64,000 bases of DNA from Minisyncoccota bacterium (lineage in GTDB: Bacteria > Patescibacteriota > Minisyncoccia > Phycocordibacterales > UBA918): the NCBI GenBank assembly GCA_041389025.1, contig JAWKSP010000001.1, positions 542,663 through 606,662 of the forward strand, read 5' to 3'. This document shows, in pieces, positions 10,147-22,100 of this stretch (positions are counted from its first letter, which is position 1; each line of letters opens with the position of its first letter). The notes below the pieces were generated by a model. The model worked only from the letters and a program-made list of their open reading frames with translations, made no database searches and was not told the DNA's origin. A program made the position numbers and the translations under genes.

Positions 10147-11349
10147 TTACTTAACCGCTGACATATTAATGATTTTAAAAGAATTTGGATCAGCAGTGTT
10201 CACCAGAAAACGTTTTTGAACCGAAACTATCCAAGATGCGTTTGTAATTTCCTTTTGTTTTAGTGTTAATTCCACATAACTTGGTATCAATGATGAGTCC
10301 AAAACTACAGTCTCGTCAATTGTTACTGCCTTACAATCATCTAAAATAAATTCTTTTGTCTTTCTGTTTCCTAGATGAAGATCAAACTGGTGATCTGGTG
10401 CATTAATACAATTTATTGGTGATTCTAACTGGCCGGTAATTTTAATGGTTGACGGTGCAGTTTGAGTGACTGAAATGTCACCAAAAAACTTTGCTTCATT
10501 GGAAAAAGAAGAGAAACCTACATTACTTGGATAATAAATTTCTGTTTGCTTATTTATGATATCGTCAAATATATTTCTCAAGTAATCATAATTAACAGCT
10601 CCTAACAGTACTTGTTCTTTTCCTTCCTCATCAATGATTATACTATGAGGTGTTCCGTTAATTCCTAATTTAGTACCTGACTCCATATCATCATCTACCC
10701 TATACATAAATCTTTCTTCTGTAATACACTGTTTTATATCTTTTGTGTTTAGCTTATTCTCTTCCAAAACTTGGTTGATTAACTTTTCAGTATCAGCTTC
10801 TGGTGAATTTTTTCTAGCTTTATAATAGAAATCTACAAACGTCCAAAAGGAACTATTACCACCATATTCATTCACGCACTCTGAAGCCAAAGCGGCTTTC
10901 TTAGAACTAGGATGTACTAACACTAAAGGAAAGTGGCGGTAAACCCAAGTAAATTTACCAGATGAAAAATAAGCAGATGAACCATTTATTAAAGACTGAT
11001 GAAACGAGGAACAAAATGGACACTCCATATCACTGTAAACAATAAATTTATTTGGAGCAAAAGGATTACCTCTAATATGGTCATCTTTTTCAAGAGTAGA
11101 TTGTGATGACGCTTGTGCCTGTGTCTGAATCTGCGTCTTTGTATAATCATTATTGTTTTCCAACCTTTGTCTTTCCGTCAGTGTAAGCTGTAATTTTTTT
11201 ACAACGCTCATCAACTCAACTATCTGCGACAACAAATCTTGACGTTCTTTATCTGTTAGAGTACTACCCACCACCTGAGCTGAAGCAGTTACTGATGAAC
11301 CATTGAAACTAAGTACGACGACCAACAAGAAACAAAATATGCGTAACAT
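10147..11349 (-). CDS. Secreted DsbA-like thioredoxin-fold protein (second paralog, CPFC) with a ~170-aa C-terminal extension
   Basis: Signal peptide MLRIFCFLLVVVLSFNGSSVTASA and motif YSDMECPFCSSFH. Confidence 0.65.
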   Translation of the reverse strand: MLRIFCFLLVVVLSFNGSSVTASAQVVGSTLTDKERQDLLSQIVELMSVVKKLQLTLTERQRLENNNDYTKTQIQTQAQASSQSTLEKDDHIRGNPFAPNKFIVYSDMECPFCSSFHQSLINGSSAYFSSGKFTWVYRHFPLVLVHPSSKKAALASECVNEYGGNSSFWTFVDFYYKARKNSPEADTEKLINQVLEENKLNTKDIKQCITEERFMYRVDDDMESGTKLGINGTPHSIIIDEEGKEQVLLGAVNYDYLRNIFDDIINKQTEIYYPSNVGFSSFSNEAKFFGDISVTQTAPSTIKITGQLESPINCINAPDHQFDLHLGNRKTKEFILDDCKAVTIDETVVLDSSLIPSYVELTLKQKEITNASWIVSVQKRFLVNTADPNSFKIINMSAVK

Positions 11350-11462
11350 AAAAAATATTAAATTAAATTATCTAATATATTATATCACAACCAACCACTA
11401 CTCATTCCTCATTAACAATAAAAAAGATTTTAAAATATTTTATATAAAATCTTATCTTAACT

Positions 11463-12860
11463 TTAATAAGACTTCAGTCTACGAGCTTTTTCATGCTGTC
11501 TTATTTTCTCCAAAGCCTTAGCTTCAATTTGGCGAATACGCTCTCGAGTTACACCAAACTCCTTACCTACTTCTTCAAGCGTATGATAAGTACCATCAAG
11601 TAATCCATGGCGCATTTCTAGAATCTTTCGCTCTTTCTCAGATAAAGTATCGAGAATCTCGGTGATTTGATCGGTCAAAATACTATGAGCCACTTCTTGA
11701 TCAGGCGAAACCACCTTGTCGTCAGAAATAAAATCAGACAAACGAGACCGATCATCTTCATCTCCAACCGGAAGCTCAAGTGAAATAGTGTCTTGGCTAA
11801 TTTTTTCAATCTGATAAATTTTCTCTACCTCAACATCCATCTCAGTAGCGATCTCCTCTGGCATTGGTTCACGTCCTAAGTCTTGAGACAGACGACGAGA
11901 CACTTGCTTGTACTTAGCCATAGTCTCCACCATATGCACCGGAATACGAATCGTTCGTGACTGGTCGGCCAAAGCGCGAGTGATGGCTTGACGAATCCAC
12001 CAAGTAGCGTACGTGGAAAATTTGAAACCCTTTGTAAAGTCGAACTTATCTACCGCCTTAAAGAGGCCGAGGTTCCCTTCTTGAATCAAGTCAAGAAGTG
12101 TAAGGTCCGGTGAACGACCGACATATTTCTTAGCAATCGACACTACCAGACGTAAGTTGGCACGAGCCAATAAGTTACGAGCTTCTTCATCACCCTCAAC
12201 AATTCTTTTAGCCAGCACTTTTTCTTCGTGAGCGTTTAAAAGCGGGTATTGACCAATCTCACGCAAATACATCTGAATAGAATCATAACTACTATCACTT
12301 CTTTTAAAAGCGTTTTTTTGAGCGATTATTTCTACACTAGGATCATCACCCAGCATTCCACCACTTTGTAGCACGTCAATTCCTGCAATTGAAAAACGTT
12401 CATACAAACGATCCAAAAACTCTACGTCTTTTTCTATTTCTGGAAACGAACGCAACAATTCATCATAAGTTACATAACCTCGCTCGCGACCCATCTGCAT
12501 TAGTTCAGCTGCTTTTAGCTCCATTATTCTTTCACTTTTTGAAAGAGTTTTTTTAACTGGTTTTGTCGTCTTTGCTAAAGTTTTTTTCTTTGGTGTTACT
12601 TTTGATTTTGGTTTTGAAATAACTGTGGTTTTACTGGTTTTTTTAGCCGTTGTCTTTTTTGTAGTTTTCTTTACTACTTTTTTAACCGGTTTCTTAGCAA
12701 TTTTCTTTACTATCTTTTTTACATTTGTTTTCTTAGCTGAAACTTTATTTTTGGTAGCAGGAGTTTTTTTAATCACTGCTTTTTTGTTTGATTTGCTTAC
12801 GGTTTTCACCGCTTTTTTAGTAGTTTTTTTAGTTGTCTTTTTGCTTGCTTTTATAGCCAT
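11463..12860 (-). CDS. rpoD: RNA polymerase primary sigma factor (sigma-70 family) with a ~110-aa Lys/Thr-rich N-terminal extension
   Basis: Regions 1.2 to 4 are present ([45 protein letters not shown]). Start moved to MAIKASKK at 12860; the ORF track extends to 12932. Confidence 0.9.
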   Translation of the reverse strand: MAIKASKKTTKKTTKKAVKTVSKSNKKAVIKKTPATKNKVSAKKTNVKKIVKKIAKKPVKKVVKKTTKKTTAKKTSKTTVISKPKSKVTPKKKTLAKTTKPVKKTLSKSERIMELKAAELMQMGRERGYVTYDELLRSFPEIEKDVEFLDRLYERFSIAGIDVLQSGGMLGDDPSVEIIAQKNAFKRSDSSYDSIQMYLREIGQYPLLNAHEEKVLAKRIVEGDEEARNLLARANLRLVVSIAKKYVGRSPDLTLLDLIQEGNLGLFKAVDKFDFTKGFKFSTYATWWIRQAITRALADQSRTIRIPVHMVETMAKYKQVSRRLSQDLGREPMPEEIATEMDVEVEKIYQIEKISQDTISLELPVGDEDDRSRLSDFISDDKVVSPDQEVAHSILTDQITEILDTLSEKERKILEMRHGLLDGTYHTLEEVGKEFGVTRERIRQIEAKALEKIRQHEKARRLKSY

Positions 12861-12946
12861 AACCCTACAACTATACATAAAAACCACAAATAGTCTAGTG
12901 TTTTTAACCACTACTATATTTAAAAAAATCACCTTTGGTCAAAGCC

Positions 12947-14698
12947 TTACTTTAGTATACTTTCATCAAAATTTGGTTTTTGTTTTTCTTGTTGTAATTT
13001 ACCCACCTCAGTCATGTAAATCATTACTTTTTCTGATTCCCCCAATCTTTCCGCCTCCAACATCTTTTGTCGGTTTTCATTAAGTTTACTTTTAATAACC
13101 ACTTCCTTCAACTGATTTAAAGCATGCACCACTTCACCTTCAAAGACTTTTTTTGGATACTGATCAACCATTGCCTCAGCTCGAAAAGTCACTCCGGATA
13201 AAGTACTCTGATCTAATTCTTTTTCTAAATCTTCAATCTTTTCTTTGGTAATATCTTCTAATATTTTTTTAACTTTAATCACTTGGTTATTTTCAAGTAT
13301 AGGAATAACTCCGATTAAATAAGTCATGGTTGTTTTATAAAGATTTTTATCGATATTTGGTTTTTCATTTTTGATAAAAACTTTTGTTTCTTCATGGTAA
13401 ACATCTTTTTCGTGTCCGGTTTTTTCTTCTAACCTTTCAAGCTCATAATGTATTGCATCTTTTGTGGTATGAAGCTTTTCCGCCACCACTCCCTCAAAAT
13501 GATCTTGGTCGATTTTGTTTGGTAAAAGTGCCAAATACGGAATTACTTCTTCTCGAGCTCTTAATTTAAAAGTTCTCTCGGGTAGATTTTCTTTTTGCAA
13601 AACTAAAAGCAGAAACTCTATCACGTGCAGTGAATGTCCTATTGTGTTTTTAAACTGCTTTGGGTCATTTTGAATCATGTCGGCTGGGTCTGTGCCTTCC
13701 GGCATTACCGCCACCTTTACGTCCAGTCCCCGACGAAGCATTAAGTCCGCCGCTTTTTTTACTGCCGCCACTCCGGCCCTATCAGCGTCTAAGGCCAAAA
13801 CAACTTTATCTGATAAACGCTCAAGCATTTGTACATGTTGTGTAGTGAGAGCTGTACCAGATACCGCCACCGTATTGGCATAGCCAGCCTGATGACTCAT
13901 TACCACATCAAACTGTCCTTCCACTATAAGTGAAAAACCTAGCTGTCTTATACCATGTTTGGCTTTATGATAACCATAAAGTATTTCTGACTTCTTAAAT
14001 AATTCAGTTTCCGGTGAGTTCACGTACTTAGGAATATCATCGCCTTTTTCTAAGGTTCGCCCCGAAAAAGCCACTGGACGACCGGACTGGTCGAAAATCG
14101 GAAACATCACTCGATTACGAAAAACGTCATAACTCTGCTTACCATCTTCGCCACCTTTAATCAGACCAACTTTTTTTAATTCTTCTTCAGTAAATTTTTG
14201 TGCGGTCAGATGCTCTTTAGTCACTCGCCAACCAGCTGACGGTGGCCCCGGAGCAAATCCCAACCGCCAAGTAGCGATGGTTTTAGTGGTAACCCCTCTC
14301 TTTTCCAAATATTTTCTGACTTCGGACTCCGGCTCAAGATTACTTTCATAAAAAGCAGTCGCTTTCTCTAAGGCGCTATACATACGGTCTTCAAGTCCTT
14401 TTTTCTCGGGCGACACCGGTGTAAGTTCAACGTTAGCTTTTTCAGCTAAAATTTTAAGCGCTTCTTTAAAATCAACTTTTTCTATCTCTTGAATAAAGGT
14501 AAAAATATCACCACCTGCCTGACAACCATAACAATGATACATCCCTCGCTCCGGCGAGACATTGAAGGACGGGGTTTTTTCGTTATGAAAAGGACAACGC
14601 GCTTTAAAATGTCGCCCGGCTTTATGAAGCTCCACATAGGGCGAAATCACGTCAATAATATTTAACCTGTCTTTTATTTGTTGTACCGCATCACTCAT
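12947..14698 (-). CDS. dnaG: DNA primase
   Basis: Zn-ribbon CPFHNEKTPSF...CYGCQAGGD and a TOPRIM segment EGQFDV...LDADRAG. Confidence 0.9.
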   Translation of the reverse strand: MSDAVQQIKDRLNIIDVISPYVELHKAGRHFKARCPFHNEKTPSFNVSPERGMYHCYGCQAGGDIFTFIQEIEKVDFKEALKILAEKANVELTPVSPEKKGLEDRMYSALEKATAFYESNLEPESEVRKYLEKRGVTTKTIATWRLGFAPGPPSAGWRVTKEHLTAQKFTEEELKKVGLIKGGEDGKQSYDVFRNRVMFPIFDQSGRPVAFSGRTLEKGDDIPKYVNSPETELFKKSEILYGYHKAKHGIRQLGFSLIVEGQFDVVMSHQAGYANTVAVSGTALTTQHVQMLERLSDKVVLALDADRAGVAAVKKAADLMLRRGLDVKVAVMPEGTDPADMIQNDPKQFKNTIGHSLHVIEFLLLVLQKENLPERTFKLRAREEVIPYLALLPNKIDQDHFEGVVAEKLHTTKDAIHYELERLEEKTGHEKDVYHEETKVFIKNEKPNIDKNLYKTTMTYLIGVIPILENNQVIKVKKILEDITKEKIEDLEKELDQSTLSGVTFRAEAMVDQYPKKVFEGEVVHALNQLKEVVIKSKLNENRQKMLEAERLGESEKVMIYMTEVGKLQQEKQKPNFDESILK

Positions 14699-14776
14699 AA
14701 CTTAAGTTGTAAGCATTATACTGGAAATTTAAGATTGGCGCACAAAGGTGAATTTAAATACCCGAATTCAAAGCCT

Positions 14777-14811
14777 TGACTTTTTACAAAAAAAGTATAT
14801 AATTTGGTTGT
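14777..14811 (+). promoter_or_regulatory. Sigma-70-like promoter (TTGACT-N16-TATAAT) followed by RBS AAAGGAG
   Basis: Near-consensus -35/-10 with correct spacing upstream of the 14838 ORF. Divergent from dnaG. Confidence 0.45.
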
Positions 14812-14837
14812 TTTCACCTTCATAAAGGAGCATTTCT

Positions 14838-15056
14838 ATGTTTGATGATGTGTTTTGGAAAATATTTTTTGGTAGTTTTTGTGCGGGATGGGTACTACTT
14901 GGAATCGTCTCATATTCTGCAACTAAGAAAATTAGAGAAGAGTCTATGATTTCAAATGTAGGTATTTCATTACTATCTTTAATTACAGGACCAATTATGA
15001 TGGGGTTTCTTTATATATCATTACAGGAAAAAATCGAAAAGAAAAAACCCCTGTAG
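14838..15056 (+). CDS. Small two-TM membrane protein (72 aa)
   Basis: A good promoter and RBS precede the ATG. Hydrophobic ORF. Confidence 0.45.
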   Translation: MFDDVFWKIFFGSFCAGWVLLGIVSYSATKKIREESMISNVGISLLSLITGPIMMGFLYISLQEKIEKKKPL

Positions 15057-15181
15057 CGTCTCTATTCTAAAATTATTCAGTCGGTTTGCGTATTTACGTA
15101 AACCGACTATTATTTTACCCCTTTACTTCTCTGTATGACTTGGTATATTTGGGGCTGAATAATTTTTAAGAGGACGTACTC

Positions 15182-15382
15182 ATGAACCTTGAACCTTTCA
15201 TGATTTATATTAACTCAATCAGTACCGCTAGTTGGTGTCGCTTAGGGGCAATTCTTTTTCTGTTTTTAACTCCAGTCTCAGCGGTGTTTATTAATACATT
15301 ATATACACCAATTACACTAGCTGTAATCGGCATTTGTCTTTTCTTGGTTAGTTTCAGGTGTAAAAAAGGAATGGAATTATAA
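15182..15382 (+). CDS. Small two-TM membrane protein (66 aa)
   Basis: RBS AAGAGGA lies 8 nt upstream of the ATG. Two tandem terminators follow. Confidence 0.35.
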   Translation: MNLEPFMIYINSISTASWCRLGAILFLFLTPVSAVFINTLYTPITLAVIGICLFLVSFRCKKGMEL

Positions 15383-15461
15383 AATTGTATACAGAATCTT
15401 AAAAGCCGGTTCGCTTCGCGAACTGGCGATTTTGTTATTTATTCACTCTACAATCACAAAC

Positions 15462-15500
15462 AAAAGAGCGGCGTCGTAGGCGCCGCTCTTTTTGTTTTTT
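15462..15500. terminator. Intrinsic terminator hairpin (AAAAGAGCGGCG / CGCCGCTCTTTT)
   Basis: 12-bp perfect stem with A- and T-runs on both sides, shared by the convergent small genes and rpoC. Confidence 0.65.
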
Positions 15501-15516
15501 GTTCAGTTAAAACTTA

Positions 15517-18500
15517 TTAGTTTCTATTTTCCATCCCCTCAATCATCTCAAACTTCTTACTTCCCTTGAATCCAGAACCAGCTGGGATAAGTTTTCCGAT
15601 GATAACATTTTCCATTAGTCCAGCCAGATTATCATGACTTCCCTTCACCGCCGCATTTATAAGGACACGAGTAGTATTTTGGAAAGAAGCCGCTGATAGG
15701 AAACTCTTTCGTGAAAGAGAAGTTTCTGTGATACCAAGAATTAATTTCTCAGACTTGGCCACTTCTTTCCCTTCTTCCTTTAACTTGTTATTAGCTTCTA
15801 CAAAAATCCATTCTTCCACCACTTCACCAACTGTAAAGTGACTGTCTCCAGAACTAGTGATCTTCACTCTAGACATCATTTGTTTTACGATAAGCTCAAT
15901 GTGCTTACGAGCAATCGTTACACCTTGAAGCTCATAGATTTTGTTAACTTCAGAAATAATATATTCTTGAGCCACTTCCTGACCACCGTACTTGAATAAT
16001 TCTGGTAACAAAGCCGAACCGTCAGTCATAATCTGACCAGCTCTCACAGTATCACCTTTAGACACAGCTACTACACGACGGTAGTGTACTTCGTATTCGA
16101 TATTATCCTTTTTCTTTGGCGCACCTTTTGCGGTCATATCAGGAGCAATCACAATCACCTTTTCACGACCCTCAGTTCGTATATCAACCACCTGACCTTC
16201 ACATTTTGAAACCACCGCCGGAATCTTTGGTTGGCGCTTTTCAAATACTTCTTCCACACGAGGCAGACCCTGAGTCACGTCTCCGCCTTGTGACGCAGCA
16301 CCTCCGGCGTGTTTGGTGTTCATAGTAAGCTGAGTACCCGGCTCACCAATTGCTTGTGCTGCCACTGTACCAACCGCTTCTCCAATGTCTACCAACTGAT
16401 TAGTAGAAAGATCAATACCATAACACTTCTGACACACTCCACGTAATGTTTTACAAGTCATTGGTGAACGTACCACAACTGACTCACAAGTAGACTCCTC
16501 TACTGCGATCGCATCAAGTCGAGTAAGTAGATGGCCTTTAGAGAAGATTACACGACCCTTAGTATCAACCGCGTCTTCCGCTAAAATACGGCCTTTAATC
16601 GCTTTAGAAAAAGCAATTTCAATTCCAGAAGCTGAGATACGATTTATTACCACACCTTGCTTAGTCTTACAGTCTTCTTCAGTCACAATCGCGTCTTGCG
16701 CTACCACGAAGAGACGTCTAGTCAAGTAACCGGCCTTAGCAGTCTGCAAAGCGGTGTCAGCCAAACCTTTACGTGAACCGTGAGTAGTAATGAAATACTC
16801 TATGGGTGTCATACCTTCTTTCATTGAAGAAAGAATTGGGAATTCAATCGTTTCACCTCGAGTGTTTACAATCAATCCTTTCATACCAGCCATCTGAGCA
16901 ATCTGCCCTAAAGAACCACGAGCTCCAGACTTCCACATTTCATAAGCTGAACCATTTTCATCCAAAGTCTCCGGTAGAATTTTCTCAATTTCAGTCTTAG
17001 CTCTGTGCCACACTTCCACAATCATCCGTCTTCTTTCTTCTCTGGAAATAAGTCCTTCGTTAAAAGCCTCCCAAACAGCCATTTCTTCACCACGAGCTTT
17101 GGTTAGAATATTTTCTTTACCTTTAGGTACACTTACTTCATCAATTCCCCAAGTTACACCAGACTTAGTAGCATAACGAAGACCAAGTTTCTTTAGCTTA
17201 TCGACAATCGGTGGTACCGCTTCTGGACCACGGGCATCAATGATATCAATAATCACGGTAAACAAAGTCTTTTGTACAATAACATCATTAATGAAATGAT
17301 GGTCAGACGGTAATACACTGTTAAAGATTAGTCGTCCCACACTGGTTTCAAATAGTTTACCTTCAAATTGTTGATATTTCTCTGTATCAGTTGCCAAAAC
17401 TTTTACTTTAGCTCTAAAATCAATCAAACCATGGTCAAAAGCGTTAATAGCATCATTTGGTGATGAGAAATATTTATCTTCACCTTTTGCTCCTTCAATT
17501 ATTTTTGTCATCCAGTACGCTCCAAGCGCCATATCTAGAAGCTTTTCTGATACTACCGGCTCTGAAGAACCTGGTTTTAGAATGTTTTTGTTGGCAGAAA
17601 TAATTTCTTTAGCTTCAAGCTGTGCCTCCTCTGAAAGTGGCACGTGTACCGCCATCTGGTCACCGTCAAAGTCAGCGTTGAAAGCACGACAGACCAACGG
17701 GTGCACTTGGATAGCGTTACCTTCGATCAACACCGGACGAAAGGCTTGAATACCCTGTCGGTGCAGAGTCGGTGCACGGTTTAGAAGTACGTGACGATTT
17801 TTAATAACATTTTCCAAAATCGCCCACACCTCCGGAACCCCGTCTTCAATCAAACGCCCAGCGCCACGGATATTGTATGCCAACTCCTGCTTTAAAAGAT
17901 CAGCAATCACAAACGGACGGAAAAGTTCTAGGGCCATGTGTTTTGGCAAACCACATTGGTCAAGGGCCAATTCTGGACCAATCACAATCACCGAACGTCC
18001 AGAATAATCCACACGCTTACCAAGTAGGTTCTGACGGAAGTACCCTTGCTTACTTTTTAAGTAATCAGACAAAGATTTCAACGGCCGACGTTGTGCTTGA
18101 CTCATGGCTGAATAAGCTCCACCACCATGACGAATAGAGTTATCAACTAAAGCATCTACCGCTTCTTGTAGGATGCGCTTTTCATTACGCAAAATCACGT
18201 CCGGAGCTTGAATATCAATTAGTTTCTTCAGACGATTATTACGGTTGATTACTCGTCTATACAAGTCGTTTAGATCTGATGAAGCATGACGCCCACCTTC
18301 TAGAGCTACCATCGGGCGAATAGCTGGTGGGATTACCGGAATACGAGTAAGAAACATCCATTCCGGACGAACTCCAGCATGAATCATACCGCGCACCAAA
18401 GACAAACGTTTATCTAGTTTAGCCCGTTCCATCGCTCCGGCAGTTTCGCGTTCTTTTTCCAATCGTTCAAGCAAGGCTTTTAGATCAACTTGCTTAAACA

Positions 18501-19191
18501 AGTCAAAAATTGCTTCAGCTCCAATCTTAGCTTCAAACAAAGTGCTGTACTTGATAGAAAAACGATGGAAAGTAAGTTCATCAAGAACCACACCAGGAAC
18601 CACTCCTTCAATCTCCTTTTTCATTTCATCCATGCGAGATTTCAGAGCTTCCTTGGCTTCGTCATTTTGCAATGCCTTTACCTTAGTCTTATATTCAGTT
18701 TCTAGTTCTTTTAGTAACCGAGCTCTATCTTCATCACTAACTTTAGTTACTATGTATCCAGCAAAATAGATGACCTTCTCAACCGCAGAAGCTGATATAC
18801 CTAAAATCATTGCAATCCGACTTGGTACGCCACGCAAGAACCAAATGTGTGAAACTGGTACACAAAGATCAATGTGTCCCATTCTCTCACGACGCACAAT
18901 AGCACGAGTAACTTCTACTCCACATTTTTCACAAACAATTCCTTTGTAGCGAATACCTCGATATTTCTTACATGAACATTCATAATCCTCAACCGGACCG
19001 AAGATTCGCTCATCAAAAAGACCATGCTTTTCCGGACGTTGAGTTCGGTAATTAATAGTCTCAGGCTTTGTCACTTCACCATGTGACCAATCAAGAATAG
19101 TTTCCGGTGAAGCTAAACGTAGACTAATCTCAGTGAAGTTAGTTGGAGCCGGAGTCTGTTTTGTGAAAGTTGTTTTTGTTGACATAGACAT
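15517..19191 (-). CDS. rpoC: DNA-directed RNA polymerase beta' subunit
   Basis: NADFDGDQMAVHVPLS catalytic motif, the zinc-binding Cys cluster CSCKKYRGIRYKGIVCEKC near the N-terminus and the C-terminal Zn-binding Cys cluster (CESVVVRS...CKTLRGVCQKCYG); 1224 aa. Confidence 0.97.
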   Translation of the reverse strand: MSMSTKTTFTKQTPAPTNFTEISLRLASPETILDWSHGEVTKPETINYRTQRPEKHGLFDERIFGPVEDYECSCKKYRGIRYKGIVCEKCGVEVTRAIVRRERMGHIDLCVPVSHIWFLRGVPSRIAMILGISASAVEKVIYFAGYIVTKVSDEDRARLLKELETEYKTKVKALQNDEAKEALKSRMDEMKKEIEGVVPGVVLDELTFHRFSIKYSTLFEAKIGAEAIFDLFKQVDLKALLERLEKERETAGAMERAKLDKRLSLVRGMIHAGVRPEWMFLTRIPVIPPAIRPMVALEGGRHASSDLNDLYRRVINRNNRLKKLIDIQAPDVILRNEKRILQEAVDALVDNSIRHGGGAYSAMSQAQRRPLKSLSDYLKSKQGYFRQNLLGKRVDYSGRSVIVIGPELALDQCGLPKHMALELFRPFVIADLLKQELAYNIRGAGRLIEDGVPEVWAILENVIKNRHVLLNRAPTLHRQGIQAFRPVLIEGNAIQVHPLVCRAFNADFDGDQMAVHVPLSEEAQLEAKEIISANKNILKPGSSEPVVSEKLLDMALGAYWMTKIIEGAKGEDKYFSSPNDAINAFDHGLIDFRAKVKVLATDTEKYQQFEGKLFETSVGRLIFNSVLPSDHHFINDVIVQKTLFTVIIDIIDARGPEAVPPIVDKLKKLGLRYATKSGVTWGIDEVSVPKGKENILTKARGEEMAVWEAFNEGLISREERRRMIVEVWHRAKTEIEKILPETLDENGSAYEMWKSGARGSLGQIAQMAGMKGLIVNTRGETIEFPILSSMKEGMTPIEYFITTHGSRKGLADTALQTAKAGYLTRRLFVVAQDAIVTEEDCKTKQGVVINRISASGIEIAFSKAIKGRILAEDAVDTKGRVIFSKGHLLTRLDAIAVEESTCESVVVRSPMTCKTLRGVCQKCYGIDLSTNQLVDIGEAVGTVAAQAIGEPGTQLTMNTKHAGGAASQGGDVTQGLPRVEEVFEKRQPKIPAVVSKCEGQVVDIRTEGREKVIVIAPDMTAKGAPKKKDNIEYEVHYRRVVAVSKGDTVRAGQIMTDGSALLPELFKYGGQEVAQEYIISEVNKIYELQGVTIARKHIELIVKQMMSRVKITSSGDSHFTVGEVVEEWIFVEANNKLKEEGKEVAKSEKLILGITETSLSRKSFLSAASFQNTTRVLINAAVKGSHDNLAGLMENVIIGKLIPAGSGFKGSKKFEMIEGMENRN

Positions 19192-19198
19192 ATTTTAA

Positions 19199-22100
19199 TT
19201 AATTACGAGACTCATAATTACGTTTAACCTCATCCCTCTCCAGCTTTACATCAAGAGACAGTCCGCGTAGCTGGTTAACTAATACATTGAAGGCAGCCGG
19301 AGTATGCGGGTGACTGATTTTTTCACCCCGAACAATAGCATCAAAAGCAGCGGATCGTCCGACGATATCGTCTGACTTAATAGTTAGCATCTCACGTAAA
19401 GTATAAGCTGCTCCATATCCAAGAAGTGCCCACACCTCCATTTCTCCAAATCTTTGACCTCCAATTTGTGCTTTACCACCCAGTGGCTGTTGCGTAATAA
19501 GTGAGTATGGACCGATTGATCGCATGTGAATCTTGTCTTCCACCATGTGGTGCAGTTTTAGAATATACATGTATCCAACTGCAGTTTTTTGCGAAAATTC
19601 TTCACCAGTAAGACCATCACGAAGCTGAATTTTTCCATCCTCCGGTAAACCAGCCGCTTTTAATTCAGCTTTTACATGATCTTCAGTCGCTCCAGCAAAA
19701 GGAGGAACAATAGCTTGATAACCTAAAGTGTTAGCAGCCATACCAAGGTGTAACTCAAGAATTTGACCCAAGTTCATACGAGATGGCACACCAAGCGGTG
19801 TTAGAAGTACGTCAATTGGACGCCCATCTTCAGTAAACGGCATGTCTTCTTCTGGGAGGATTCTTGAAATCACACCCTTGTTTCCGTGACGACCAGCTAA
19901 CTTATCACCTACTGATACATTTCTAACTTGAGCAATAGTAATGTGAATTCGTTTTATTACTCCACTTTCTAACTGATCACCATTTTCTCGTGAAAAAATC
20001 TTTACACCAATCACTCGACCTCGCTTTCCAGCCTCCAATCTAAGTGAAGTATCTTTTACATCCTTAGCTTTCTCACCAAAGATAGAGCGGAGCAATCTCT
20101 CTTCTGGAGATAATTGTGTTTCACCTTTTGGAGTTACTTTACCAACCAGTATATCCCCAGGACGAACTTCTGCGCCAATTCTAATAATTCCATTTTCATC
20201 TAAGTTACGAAGTTTAATTTCAGATACGTTTGGAATATCAGATGAAGTCACTTCAGGACCAAGCTTAGTGTCACGCACAGACACCTCAAGCTCATCTAGG
20301 TGCACTGTTGAAAACTTGCTTTGTTTTACTAACCGTTCAGATATTACAATCGCATCTTCATAGTTGGCACCATTCCAGCTCATAAAAGCAACTAAAGCAT
20401 TTTGACCAACAGCGATTTGACCATTATCAGTAGATGAAGTGTCAGCCAACAAATCACCTCGTTTTACCTTATCTCCAACAGTTACCGCTGGACGATGATA
20501 AAAGGCCGAAAAATCGTTGGTCTTTTGGAAGGAAGACAAAATGTACTCTTTCTTTTTACCATCTTTATTTTTAACCACTACATGCTTAGCATCACATTCA
20601 ATTACCTCTCCAGCTTCTTCAGCATATATAACACGATGAGTATCGCGAGATACCATTCCTTCTACTCCAGTAGCCACAATCGGTGCTTCTTGTACGATAC
20701 ACGGAGTGGCCTGCTTCTGCATGTTTGAACCCATCAGAGTACGGTTAGCGTCATCATGATTCATAAAAGGAATCATTGAAGTCGCTACAGAGAAAGGTTG
20801 GTTGGTTGCAATATCAATATAATCTATATCTTTTTTTGAAAGAAGCATCGGTACGCCATTTTTTCTGGCTTCGACCATATCACTTTTGATTTTTCCGTTA
20901 GCATCAGCCTCTACTGCCGCGTGAGCAATATTGAATTTTTCTTCTTCATGAGCGTTCAGATAATCAACTTCACCGGTAATAACTCCTTTTACCACCTTAG
21001 CGTAAGGAGTTTCTATGATTCCAAAACGGTTTACCCGTGAGTACATTGAAAGACGAAGAATCAAACCAATGTTTGGACCTTCTGGTGTATGAATTGGACA
21101 AAGTCGTCCGTAATGAGACGGATGAATGTCACGCACTTCAAAACTAGCACGCTCACGAGTAAGACCACCAGGACCTAAGGCAGAAAGAGTTCGTAGGTGT
21201 TCAATCTCAGACAAAATATTTTGTTGTTGAGAAAATTGTGAAAGCTGGTTAGTAGTAAAGAATTCTTTAATAGCAGCTTGTAGCGGACGAGGGTTAATAA
21301 TCTGCATTGGCAAACTAGTTTCCGCCTCAATAGTAGACATTCGGTCCTGAATGTTTCGCTTCATACGAGTCATACCCACCCGAACCCGTTGTTGTAGCAT
21401 TTCACCAAAGTAACGCACCCGACGAAAACCAAGATGATCAATATCATCAGCAACCGCTCCTGGTTCGTGATTTTTTGTCACTATATGAGTCAATATCAAA
21501 CGTAAATCCTCGACCGAAACAGTTCTTTCGTCGGTAGCCTTCTTATCAATTGGACGACCAAAACGTTCGTTGAAATGATGACGTCCAATCTCAGATAAGT
21601 CATAACGAGCAGAAGTAAATATAGAACTAATAAACTCACGAGCATTTTCCACCGTAGCTAAGTCACCATCACGTAAACGTTTGTAGATTTCAATAAACGA
21701 CTCATCGGTGGTTTTGGCTGGGTCTTTAGCAATAGTTGCCTTCATATATTCCTCACCACGCTCCACTCCTTTAAGGAGATCGATCATTTCTTTATCTTTC
21801 TCTACTCCGACCACACGAAGCAAAGAAGAAATTGGAAATTTTTTCTTGCGGTCAATTTTTACATAAATCACTCCATCAGCTTCTGACTCAATTTCAATCC
21901 ACACACCACGGGCCGGAATAATTTTGGCACCAAACATCTGTCGACCTTTTGATTCAGTTTGAGTAAAGAAGATACCATAAGAACGAGCCAACTGTGGCAC
22001 AATCACCCGTTCTACACCATTAATAATAAAAGTACCATGCTCAGTCATAACTGGGAGGTCAGTCATGAAAATCTCTTGATCTTTTTCACTTTCAAAAGTC

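Noticed and set aside
12625-13083. 152-aa plus-strand ORF (VFF/LVV-rich)
   Set aside because: It lies antisense to the Lys-rich coding region of rpoD. The low-complexity mirror frame stays open by chance.
16116-20728. Several 60-90-aa ORFs on the plus strand inside rpoC and rpoB
   Set aside because: They are embedded antisense within very well-supported essential genes and have no start context.
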